Shown: one piece after another, positions 16,321-25,832 of the stretch
Layout: each line of letters opens with the position of its first letter
Position numbering within the stretch: position 1 is the first letter of the stretch
Virus record (IMG/VR): IMGVR_UViG_3300025103_000079
Coordinates: 1 to 33,856 of that record
Source of the DNA: a virus
Lineage: Duplodnaviria > Caudoviricetes
Reading direction: 5' to 3' (one strand)
DNA: 33,856 bases
Notes under the pieces: model-generated
Told to the model about the DNA's origin: nothing
Databases searched by the model: none
The model's input: only the letters and a program-made list of their open reading frames with translations
Program-made: the position numbers and the translations under genes

Positions 16321-18632
16321 TGGAAACTAATAGTACTGAATATATCGAAGGTGTTAATTCAAACCAAATAGTATTAAGTGTATTACAGGAACAGTTTCCA
16401 GGCTTAACACAATTACCATCTGCAGCAGAAGCTGAATATGTTGCTAGAACCGTAACTCCAGTATATGAAACCGCCGGCGCAATAAATCATTATCCTGAGC
16501 TAGTACCGTTAGATAGAAGTGAAAACGGTGTTATTCAGATTGACGGTGATGATGACGCTAAGTCATTAAATATTCCATTGCAAAAATTAACATTTGTTGA
16601 TAGTGATAATTACAATGAAATAATTGATACCGAGTATACTTATTTTGTTGATGTAGAAGATATAGATGCTGATGACTTGCCGGATATCGTAGGTAAATTT
16701 ATTATTATGCCAAAGAAAAGTATACGGACTATGAATGGACCGTCATCTGATATTCATTTATTTTATATATTAGGTAATAGCTTTCCGAATTTAGAATACT
16801 TGCAAGTCTTTTATGGAAAAGAAGTAAACGGCAGACCTATATTATATCGCATTCCTGATTATAAAACCCTCGAGGTAATGTTGGTAGCTCGTGAACAACG
16901 ATATAATGCCATCCGGATAATCGAAGTAGAGGTTTTCAATAAATTAATACGACGTACATTAAATGATACTTTATCAATTGAAAGTTTAAATGCTGTAAAC
17001 GATGCTATTACTACGGCAACAGAAAATAATTCATTAACTCGAGACCAGCGATTAAATATGTATGTTAAAGAGTTACCAGTGGAAGTATCACAGTTAGATA
17101 ATTGGAATGTACAAACACGGTTTAATTCTGGATATGAACCGGATTCTCCATTCAACCGAGATCCTATGGATTATATAGGACAATCAGTTGGCGTGGATTT
17201 GCCCCACAGTTTTGATAAGGCAACATCATTAGAAAAACTCCGAGATAAATATGAAGGCCGCATTGTATTATTTAAACCTTTAACTGGAAATAATGAAAGA
17301 CTAGATGCTGATGACATTGAAGGATGTCGTATGCTATTTTATGGGAGATGGCGTCCGGTCTTTAGTTTAGATGTTCTTACATTATATGGAACAGAGACTG
17401 GTGGTGATATTAGCTTCCGAGTTGATAATGGCGGTGGCGGCCAGTCTGGATTTAACCAATCGTTGCCAATTGGTGCTTCTGAGGCAGACGAAGATGCTTT
17501 TAATAATGCCCAGATGTGGAGATTTGGTATGCTTCGTAACGCGCTACGTACATTAGCCGATTCTGGTGTAATTATAATATTAAATGAGGATGGTAACAAT
17601 TCGCCAATCTGGAATTCATTTCCGCATGCGCTGCGACCATTAGAAGTAGATGAATATAAAACCTATCTTAAATTAGCTGATGTATTTGATGTTAAGTATT
17701 TAGCACCATATGAGCCACGTGGTTCTATAAAATATTATGATCCGCAACGAAATGGGGCAAGAGGCTCTGAATTATTTCCAGGTAACCGGCTAGTTGACGC
17801 TAATTCAAGTGCACCTGAGTCGTTAAAGGTTGCATTAAATGAACAAATTGCAGCTGAGATACAGCAGCTATTTGACGGCATATTTGAGTCAGATATTTTA
17901 ATCAACACATTGCAAGTAGAGATAAATGATTTAATTGATTGGAAACGCGTTGCAGATGATATTGTCGATGGTGAGAATAATCGATTTAAATATGTTGTTT
18001 CAAATTCCACTAATGTATTGAAACGCGGAACGGGTACCCGATCGTTAGATAATTATTTTGAAGGTGCTGCAATCAGTTCAGGAATTGGTACGGCAGTAGC
18101 AGCTGCTGCAACTTTCTTCACATTTGGCTTAGCTGCGCCAGGCGCAGCGGCCGGCGCGTTAGGGACAGCAGCATATGGCAGAGCTGCCGATCAATTTGAA
18201 TTTGGTAAACCCCAGGAACGTTTATATAAAGATAAGATTAACACTTTATCAACTGAATATGACCAATTATTATCGGAGTCTGCAGGCCTAGAGCAAGTTG
18301 CTAATGAGAGAATTGATCGATTAGAATCAATTAGAAATGAAATAAATGCTGATACATTTATAACTGCATTTGATAATTACCAAGCACGGATTAATGATAT
18401 AGATGCCGAAGGAATGATTGCTACAATTTACGCTAATATTTCGCAGATGCAAACAGTGCGTACTAATTCTATAGATGCATATACTCACTTCCTAGGTATA
18501 TTGAATAGAGAAATCGGCCAGGCCAATGATGGGTTAAGTATTATGGATATGCGGGTATCAATACAAAATTTCCACGATTCATTGGCAACCACCGTTGACC
18601 TAGATGAGAATATTATAAACAACCTAATTTAA
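16320..18632 (+). CDS. Large hypothetical virion-associated protein with a Gly/Ala hydrophobic segment and C-terminal coiled coil
   Basis: 770-aa ORF, TAATG-coupled, located between baseplate genes. Confidence 0.8.
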   Translation: METNSTEYIEGVNSNQIVLSVLQEQFPGLTQLPSAAEAEYVARTVTPVYETAGAINHYPELVPLDRSENGVIQIDGDDDAKSLNIPLQKLTFVDSDNYNEIIDTEYTYFVDVEDIDADDLPDIVGKFIIMPKKSIRTMNGPSSDIHLFYILGNSFPNLEYLQVFYGKEVNGRPILYRIPDYKTLEVMLVAREQRYNAIRIIEVEVFNKLIRRTLNDTLSIESLNAVNDAITTATENNSLTRDQRLNMYVKELPVEVSQLDNWNVQTRFNSGYEPDSPFNRDPMDYIGQSVGVDLPHSFDKATSLEKLRDKYEGRIVLFKPLTGNNERLDADDIEGCRMLFYGRWRPVFSLDVLTLYGTETGGDISFRVDNGGGGQSGFNQSLPIGASEADEDAFNNAQMWRFGMLRNALRTLADSGVIIILNEDGNNSPIWNSFPHALRPLEVDEYKTYLKLADVFDVKYLAPYEPRGSIKYYDPQRNGARGSELFPGNRLVDANSSAPESLKVALNEQIAAEIQQLFDGIFESDILINTLQVEINDLIDWKRVADDIVDGENNRFKYVVSNSTNVLKRGTGTRSLDNYFEGAAISSGIGTAVAAAATFFTFGLAAPGAAAGALGTAAYGRAADQFEFGKPQERLYKDKINTLSTEYDQLLSESAGLEQVANERIDRLESIRNEINADTFITAFDNYQARINDIDAEGMIATIYANISQMQTVRTNSIDAYTHFLGILNREIGQANDGLSIMDMRVSIQNFHDSLATTVDLDENIINNLI

Positions 18633-18641
18633 CAGCAGCCG

Positions 18642-18649
18642 ATATTTAT
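18642..18649 (+). promoter_or_regulatory. Putative late promoter ATATTTAT
   Basis: Intergenic octamer followed by AAAAGG and ATG 18665. Confidence 0.75.
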
Positions 18650-18664
18650 TTAAAAGGTTCCTAG

Positions 18665-21600
18665 ATGCCGTTAGATCAATACGAAAATTTTGAGGAGATT
18701 AAAGAGTCCACTTCCCCGGAGCGTGGCCAGGTGTTTAGTGATTTAGATTTAGATCTGCTTATTTATGATGTTGATAATGTAGATCTCCCAAAAGGCCTTG
18801 AAGATGTTAAGTTGGAAATGCATGTATATGCACCTCCTCCCGGAACTCAATATATTGGTGGAGTTTATGATGTACGTGATATACTTGATGATGATACATC
18901 ATTAGATATTGGGTTAGTTAAAGCCTTTGAAGAGCTTGATATTCGTAGAGGGCAATTTAAAGTTGCATTTAATTATCTACGTAATCATATTGGTGATTAT
19001 TATAATCGCGATTTATATATAGTTGAAGTTGCACCTGACCGTGATGAAATACATTTACGGTTTGTAGAGTACCAAGAACAACCTACACCTATATTTACTG
19101 ATGAGTTAATCGGACAAATAAATGATATCAATAAACGCTATTCTGTTAATTTTGGTGAAAATGAATTATACCGCATTATTAACGCGAAAGGTGATGAGAA
19201 TGATTTATATTTAAAAATTTATGGTACCTTTGATGAGACTACCGTTGAAGAAAAGCAACGTGTATATTTAGTCGAAGAATTAATACAGCCATACATTGAT
19301 AATGTTAATATTTTACCACCTGCCGCGGATGATGCGTTTAATACATTACGTGGACCAAATTGGGATATCGAAACCGGGTATGGTACAGTTACCGAAACTG
19401 ATTTCAAAAGCTGGAATGATTTATTAGATACTAATTTATCGACAAGCCAGCAAGTAATCGATAGATATTTCTCAGGTTCCTTGCAAGGAGCTGATTTAAA
19501 TATTGATTTTACTAATTTTGAAAACTTTGTACATTATTCATCGGCAACAGAAAGATTATTAAATTTCCGATATAAATTACAGCTTATAGAACATTATGAT
19601 ACTCAAATTGGTACATTATCAGCTGCTAGCGGATCTGATTCAGGTTCTATTGTTGGTAATATCGGAGTTAATCGACAACGTAAGGATAATGTAGTTGGCT
19701 CATTTGATCTATTTGAACGATGGTTATATAATGAACCAACTTCAAGCTTAACGACACATGGTGTTAGTGGCTCTGCGATATTTGCTGAAACCTATACTTT
19801 ACAGCCATGGCCAAAATATTTATCAAATGGTGTTTATGTTAATCATCATACAACATCATCCCTAGGTACTAGTTGGTATACAGGATTTTCATCTACAGCC
19901 TCGCTATATGATTTGTCAAACGATGATTCATTAACTAAGACCATACCAGAACACATTCGTAATGATGCGAATAACGATCAATATGATCTGTTCGTTAATA
20001 TGATTGGTCAGCATTTTGATATATTATGGACCTACGTAAATGCACTTGCTACCAATTTATACACCCGTGAGGAGCATCCTAAATTAGGTATGTCAGCCGA
20101 TCTGCTAAAACCAATGGCAGAATCAATGGGGTGGCAATTAACTAATGGTAAGCAAGCCGAACAATTATGGCAATATAAATTAGGATTAACTCAATCAGGT
20201 TCTTATCAGTCTACCGGATCGTTATTTAGTAAGTCAGGCGAATCGATTACGCATGAAGTATGGAGAAGAATAGTTAATAACTTACCATACCTGCTTAAGA
20301 CAAAAGGTACCACCCGCGGTATTAAAGCTTTAATGAATGCCTACGGTGTTCCACAAACGTTATTATCAATTAGAGAATATGGCGGACCTAAGGTCGCAAA
20401 TGATACCCCAGCATTAATTGAAGACCGTAGAGTATTTGGATTAGAATTAACAGGTAGTAATGTAATTTCTAATTGGAGAGCAGTAACGCTATCAAATGTA
20501 TCTGGATACCAATCGGTACCATTTACCCAGGAGTTGCGATTTAAATCTCAATATACTAGCTCGGAACAGTCTGTTCTAGCATTATCAGATAAATGGTCAG
20601 TATCTATAGAATCTACCGGTTCATTATCAGGCTCAGCAAATTATGGTAGAGTTAACTTTTATATATCTGGATCCAGTGGATATGTATCATCCTCCACGCC
20701 ATATGCTCCTATATTCGATGGTGATTATTGGAATTTAAGAGTACAAGCAGCTGTTACGCCTTCTTATGATGCTGCTACTGATATTAGTACTACGGCGCAA
20801 GCCTGGAATATTAAATGCCAAAAAGCTGCAGATCATGCCATCGGCCGGATTACTCATGCTATATCTTCAAGTTTAGTATTACTTGATACAAATGCAATGA
20901 CCGGCAGTAATAGTGCAAGTTATAATGCATCCTGGCGAGATAGTGGATTGCATTACGTAGGCGGCATTGCAAATTCTGCTATTAATGTTACGCAAGGATT
21001 AAGTGGATCTATTCAAGAATATCGCGAATATATTGAAAAAATTAATGATACTACTTTTGATTTGCATACTTTCAATCCTACTTCATATGTAGGTAATAAC
21101 GAAACATCATCATTTGATACTTTAACTCGCCATTATGTTTTTGGTACCGATCAAAATACTTTTAACCATTCTGTAATTACTAGCATTACTAGTTCACATC
21201 CAGATCAAAGCAAATTATCTTTTGGTGTTGGAATGACTACTTTTGCAACAGCTAGTGGATTTGCGAATGAAACTAATTATGATAATAATGTAGAAACATA
21301 TTATGTCGATGCGCCTTCCTTAGGTGGTAATAATTTCCGTAGCCAAAAAATTAGATTAGATAATAATCGATTGGTTAATGTATTATCACCAGAAAATACA
21401 GCACAAAGAAGTAAATTTGAAAACGCGCCTATCGATTCAGAACGATTAGGATTATTTTATAGTGCAGCCGATCAATATAACAAAGAAATTTTCAATCATA
21501 TCGGACCGGTAGAATTGGATGATTATATTGGTGATCCAAATGATCAATTTGAAATGAGCTATCCGGACCTAACTAGATTTGCTCAACAATATTGGAAAAA

Positions 21601-23821
21601 GTATACAGATAGAAATGATATAAATGATTACATTCGTGTATTTAGTTTATATGATTTTAGCTTATTCGAGCAGATAAAGCAAATGTTACCAGCACGTGTT
21701 ATACCTAGTGTTGGATTACTAGTTGAGCCTAACGTATTAGAGCGTTCTAAAGTTTTATTAAATGATAAACCGATAGTAGAGCAGCCTGCTTATTCCGCTC
21801 TGATAGCTGATAAAGAACCAACCTCATCAGCTGAATATATATTGTATTCAGGATCTATTCAACCGGTAGCAGATTTGTTAAAAGCAAGTACGGTATTCCA
21901 TATAAGTGCAAGTGGATATGATGATTCTCCAGGCACATTTACAGCAGAGTTTTCCGGATCAGATCCTTTTGCTCCTATGAGCTATACGATAACAGAAGCA
22001 TTATATACTGCATCCAGTACTGGATATTATAATAATGATATTGAAATACCAGCAACTTGCAGTGTTATTAGAAATCCTAGATCCTCGGAAATATTTCGGC
22101 AGGTAGAGCGTGATTATAATCCTAACCAGGCTTTTAGACACTATCCATTAAATAACTATATTAATGGTAAGGCTCATGATTTAAGTTTAAATACCGAACA
22201 TTCTACAGGTAATAAAAGAGTACTTAATAACACTACCGGGTCTACCGCGAACCAATTAGATATAACGGCTGGTAATTTTGGTAAATTCTTATTATCAACT
22301 AGTTCAAATCATCCTACGGCAAACTATGCACCTTGGTCATGGCCTGCAGGTAGTCCGGATTTCCTCGCGGGATATGTATTAGATGATCACCGAATACAGG
22401 CGACAGCTAATCCAACTAGTTGGCTGCAGGTTGAGTTTAATGCTCAAGGACCATATGGACTATATGATTATGACGGCACGGACCGGCCATATTCTGGTTC
22501 TGGATATTTTACAGATAATAGTCAGACTAAAATTCATATAGATGATATCAAGCCTATAGATGGTCTAAATACAGAGACATACGACTTCAAACTTATATAT
22601 GCTACGTCTTCCGCTGAATTAACTAATCGTATTAGTAATTCATCATACCAATTTCATTTTTCCGCATCAATAACAGGCTCAGTACCTGGGTTAACATATA
22701 CCGATAATTTTACACCACTTATTATAGGCGGCACTGCACCGGCGGACTTAGGAGTAGGGGTTAGTAGATCTGGCTCGAGGTTTAGTTTTGATTTAACAGA
22801 TTTTAATCAGACACAAAAATTATATCTTGCATTTAGCGCTCAGTCATCCTCGGCAACACCAACGGGCATTGCATTAAACCAAGTTAAACTATCCAATGTT
22901 CAAATCGATCCATTCCCAACCGAACCTGTTGATTTTAATTTTTATTCTAGTAACTTAACTCGAGTAAGTGCATCTGTATCATCATCAGAGACAAGATATA
23001 ATGGTCGGGAGTTTGTTAATATACGTGACGTGAGTTTGCCAACAGCAGGTGCTAGTGGATCTTGGAGCGTCGCTTGGTTAGCTCAAGAAGATGTTGGGCA
23101 TACGGGGTCCGTTAGAGTAATGCTTGGTTCTGATACTACCGGCGAACCGTTTATTGAATTTCATGAAGAAAATAAATTGGCGTTTCGACCTAATCCAGTA
23201 ACAATAAATGGAGTTACTAGTTATCCATTTGCAAAATTTGATACTGTTATCAATCGTGAAGCACTTAACCATTATGCATTATCATATGATGGTGGTAGTA
23301 TGGCAGGATATACAAATGTTAAGTTTTGGCTAAATGGTCAATACCAAGGAGAGAAAAGTGCAAGCAGTGCTTTGGGAGTTGTAGGATGGACGGGTAGTTT
23401 ATTTACTTTAGCAAACATTGGATCTGGCATCGGTGGTACTAACGGTACATATGGATTTGCAGGATTGATAGGGCAAGTGCAGGTATATGATAATTTAGTA
23501 TTCTCGCAGGAAGAAGCAGAGCGATTATGGCAATATCCACATCACCGAATTATTAGAGACCCGCATGCAAATATTCAAGCTACAAATATAAACTTAGATA
23601 TTGTAGTAAGCCGATCATTAGAAACAGCTGGGTATAACGATGATTTCTTCACTCAAACAAATAACCTATATTATAATGGATGTCGTATAACATCTGCAGA
23701 TATAAACGTACCGACAACACAGACACCAGACAATAGTGCTGTAGTAACGGTATTTGAAACTAATCCAAATCAAATCATATATTCACAGAATGCGCGTAAC
23801 GGTAATTTGAGAATCAGGTAA
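18665..23821 (+). CDS. Large baseplate/tail protein (gp7 / P2 gpI-like core plus LamG-like domains)
   Basis: LPYLLKTKGTTRGIKALMNAYG (gpI-like KGT..G motif) and LamG-like NHYALSYDG...KFWLNGQ...FAGLIGQVQVYD. Confidence 0.75.
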   Translation: MPLDQYENFEEIKESTSPERGQVFSDLDLDLLIYDVDNVDLPKGLEDVKLEMHVYAPPPGTQYIGGVYDVRDILDDDTSLDIGLVKAFEELDIRRGQFKVAFNYLRNHIGDYYNRDLYIVEVAPDRDEIHLRFVEYQEQPTPIFTDELIGQINDINKRYSVNFGENELYRIINAKGDENDLYLKIYGTFDETTVEEKQRVYLVEELIQPYIDNVNILPPAADDAFNTLRGPNWDIETGYGTVTETDFKSWNDLLDTNLSTSQQVIDRYFSGSLQGADLNIDFTNFENFVHYSSATERLLNFRYKLQLIEHYDTQIGTLSAASGSDSGSIVGNIGVNRQRKDNVVGSFDLFERWLYNEPTSSLTTHGVSGSAIFAETYTLQPWPKYLSNGVYVNHHTTSSLGTSWYTGFSSTASLYDLSNDDSLTKTIPEHIRNDANNDQYDLFVNMIGQHFDILWTYVNALATNLYTREEHPKLGMSADLLKPMAESMGWQLTNGKQAEQLWQYKLGLTQSGSYQSTGSLFSKSGESITHEVWRRIVNNLPYLLKTKGTTRGIKALMNAYGVPQTLLSIREYGGPKVANDTPALIEDRRVFGLELTGSNVISNWRAVTLSNVSGYQSVPFTQELRFKSQYTSSEQSVLALSDKWSVSIESTGSLSGSANYGRVNFYISGSSGYVSSSTPYAPIFDGDYWNLRVQAAVTPSYDAATDISTTAQAWNIKCQKAADHAIGRITHAISSSLVLLDTNAMTGSNSASYNASWRDSGLHYVGGIANSAINVTQGLSGSIQEYREYIEKINDTTFDLHTFNPTSYVGNNETSSFDTLTRHYVFGTDQNTFNHSVITSITSSHPDQSKLSFGVGMTTFATASGFANETNYDNNVETYYVDAPSLGGNNFRSQKIRLDNNRLVNVLSPENTAQRSKFENAPIDSERLGLFYSAADQYNKEIFNHIGPVELDDYIGDPNDQFEMSYPDLTRFAQQYWKKYTDRNDINDYIRVFSLYDFSLFEQIKQMLPARVIPSVGLLVEPNVLERSKVLLNDKPIVEQPAYSALIADKEPTSSAEYILYSGSIQPVADLLKASTVFHISASGYDDSPGTFTAEFSGSDPFAPMSYTITEALYTASSTGYYNNDIEIPATCSVIRNPRSSEIFRQVERDYNPNQAFRHYPLNNYINGKAHDLSLNTEHSTGNKRVLNNTTGSTANQLDITAGNFGKFLLSTSSNHPTANYAPWSWPAGSPDFLAGYVLDDHRIQATANPTSWLQVEFNAQGPYGLYDYDGTDRPYSGSGYFTDNSQTKIHIDDIKPIDGLNTETYDFKLIYATSSAELTNRISNSSYQFHFSASITGSVPGLTYTDNFTPLIIGGTAPADLGVGVSRSGSRFSFDLTDFNQTQKLYLAFSAQSSSATPTGIALNQVKLSNVQIDPFPTEPVDFNFYSSNLTRVSASVSSSETRYNGREFVNIRDVSLPTAGASGSWSVAWLAQEDVGHTGSVRVMLGSDTTGEPFIEFHEENKLAFRPNPVTINGVTSYPFAKFDTVINREALNHYALSYDGGSMAGYTNVKFWLNGQYQGEKSASSALGVVGWTGSLFTLANIGSGIGGTNGTYGFAGLIGQVQVYDNLVFSQEEAERLWQYPHHRIIRDPHANIQATNINLDIVVSRSLETAGYNDDFFTQTNNLYYNGCRITSADINVPTTQTPDNSAVVTVFETNPNQIIYSQNARNGNLRIR

Positions 23822-23836
23822 TTATCGAGCATGCGT

Positions 23837-23844
23837 ATATTTAT
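23837..23844 (+). promoter_or_regulatory. Putative late promoter ATATTTAT
   Basis: Intergenic octamer followed by AAAGGA and ATG 23863. Confidence 0.75.
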
Positions 23845-23862
23845 TAAAAAGGAAGTAAAACT

Positions 23863-24534
23863 ATGGGATACTTAAACAACAGTTCTATCACGGTAGATGC
23901 AATTCTCACGAAAAAAGGTAGAGAATTATTAGCACGTGGTAGAGATGAATTTCAAATCACGCAATTTGCTTTAGCTGATTCTGAAATTGATTACGATTTA
24001 TATAATCCGGCACATCCATTAGGTACTGCATATTATGGTGCAGCTATTGAGAATTTGCCAATTGTTGAAGCGTTGACAGATGAAACGCAGATGATGAAAT
24101 ATAAATTAGTAACACTACCAAAAGGTACTGCAAGGATACCGGTTGTAAGAGTAGCTCAAAACACTATTAATTTAGAATCAGGCGAGCAGACAAGAATTAA
24201 TCCACAGACGGTTAATTTTCAAAATGGCAATCAGCAGTTTGGATATACAGTTATTCTTTCTGATTCAGATGTAGCCGAAGTTAGAGTTGCGAGATCAGCA
24301 CCAAATAGTTCCGCTGCATCAGTACCGCAATTCGTTGGTGATAACGAAGCTGCTCAATCAGTAACAGTCTCTGGTATTGAATTTGAAATAACTGCAAAAG
24401 AGCAATTATTATCAGATAAATCAGCTACTATATTAATTATAGGAAATGAGACCGGCGGCCGTGCTACTATTAACTTAACCGTACGTAGATTAGAAGTTGC
24501 TACTACGGCAGGTGCACCGACATCGCAATCATAA
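23863..24534 (+). CDS. Virion structural protein with a tail-collar/fibre-attachment-like N-terminus
   Basis: AILTKKGRELLARG...ITQFALAD resembles the first half of DUF3751 / P2 gpH N-termini. Confidence 0.65.
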   Translation: MGYLNNSSITVDAILTKKGRELLARGRDEFQITQFALADSEIDYDLYNPAHPLGTAYYGAAIENLPIVEALTDETQMMKYKLVTLPKGTARIPVVRVAQNTINLESGEQTRINPQTVNFQNGNQQFGYTVILSDSDVAEVRVARSAPNSSAASVPQFVGDNEAAQSVTVSGIEFEITAKEQLLSDKSATILIIGNETGGRATINLTVRRLEVATTAGAPTSQS

Positions 24535-24547
24535 AAGGTAAAAGAAA

Positions 24548-25816
24548 ATGGCATTTAATAATAGACCAGTTAGAAGAGCAACGGCAGCCAGGACGGCCTT
24601 ACCAGCAGCTGCTACACGCGAAACATCAAACACATCAACCACTCAGCAAATACAATCATTAGCTAGTCAATTAGCTAATCAGATTCTACGAGAAAGAGAG
24701 GTTGCATCTAGAAGAGCGAGATTAGGTAGAGTATTTACTACTTTCGATCCTGCAGAAGATGTTATTCCTAATCAACAAGAAACTGTTACAAAGGCTTTAT
24801 TTTCAAATAATGTCGGCAACCTTTTAACTTACTTTACTTCTTCAACTGCTACGGCAACTCAAAAAACTTATTTTCAAAATATATTTAATGGCAATCCTAC
24901 CGGTACCGGTTCATCACAATTATCTATTGCATTTGGTGATCGAAATGGTTCTGGTTCTGTTGATTTAACAGGTAACTTAAATAATGATACTCCTACTCGA
25001 GCTATTTATAAACAATATGCTCAATTGGTATTAGAACCTAATGATACTAAATTTACCATTAATGGTGTTGATACCGATAGAATTTATGTAGTTAATTTTA
25101 ATCGAGCTAGATTCCGTGAAAAATTAGATCCTGGCAACGTAGAATTCAATATTGCATTTTTATCAGGCTCTCAAGCAGTTGCAGGTGGAGTTTCGTCTAA
25201 TGCTGGCATGACTGGATCGGCTGTGAAAGTAGATGGTACTAATAGGGTATTAAGAGTTATTGATGATTCAGGAGCTTCTCTAGGAAATGTATCTGAGGCT
25301 GGATTAGTTTATAATTTAGTATCTGGTTCAATTGTGGATGGTATTAATACTCCATCCACTCCACAGTATTTTGGACTTCTATATCCTCAGCATGGATATG
25401 CAATATTCGATGCTAATAAATTAGATACTACGGCATCTTTTGAAACAGTAACAGGTTCATTGATTCAAGGTGATAATGCAATTAAATTGTTTACTGCAAT
25501 ATCCGGAGCCGCTACTATCATTCAAGGAAGTAATAAATTTGGTATTCAAGCAAGATCATCGGAACAAGTAAAATCTACTTATTATTATGTACGTGTTAAG
25601 AATGGAGAATATAATTATTCAAACAATCCTTCATTCGTAACCGGTTCATTGGGTCAATTAGCATTTAGTACTTTTGTACAAGATCCTCAAGTATATCTTA
25701 CTACCGTTGGATTATATAATGAAAGAAAAGAAATGCTTGCTGTTGCTAAATTAAGCAAGCCAGTATTGAAAGCCTTTACAAGAGAAGCACTTATCAAAGT
25801 TAAATTAGACTTTTAA
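24548..25816 (+). CDS. Virion structural protein with a tail-collar-like C-terminal motif
   Basis: Ends in YLTTVGLYNERKEMLAVAKLSKPVLK...VKLDF. Confidence 0.7.
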   Translation: MAFNNRPVRRATAARTALPAAATRETSNTSTTQQIQSLASQLANQILREREVASRRARLGRVFTTFDPAEDVIPNQQETVTKALFSNNVGNLLTYFTSSTATATQKTYFQNIFNGNPTGTGSSQLSIAFGDRNGSGSVDLTGNLNNDTPTRAIYKQYAQLVLEPNDTKFTINGVDTDRIYVVNFNRARFREKLDPGNVEFNIAFLSGSQAVAGGVSSNAGMTGSAVKVDGTNRVLRVIDDSGASLGNVSEAGLVYNLVSGSIVDGINTPSTPQYFGLLYPQHGYAIFDANKLDTTASFETVTGSLIQGDNAIKLFTAISGAATIIQGSNKFGIQARSSEQVKSTYYYVRVKNGEYNYSNNPSFVTGSLGQLAFSTFVQDPQVYLTTVGLYNERKEMLAVAKLSKPVLKAFTREALIKVKLDF

Positions 25817-25832
25817 CAAATAATGTCACGAT

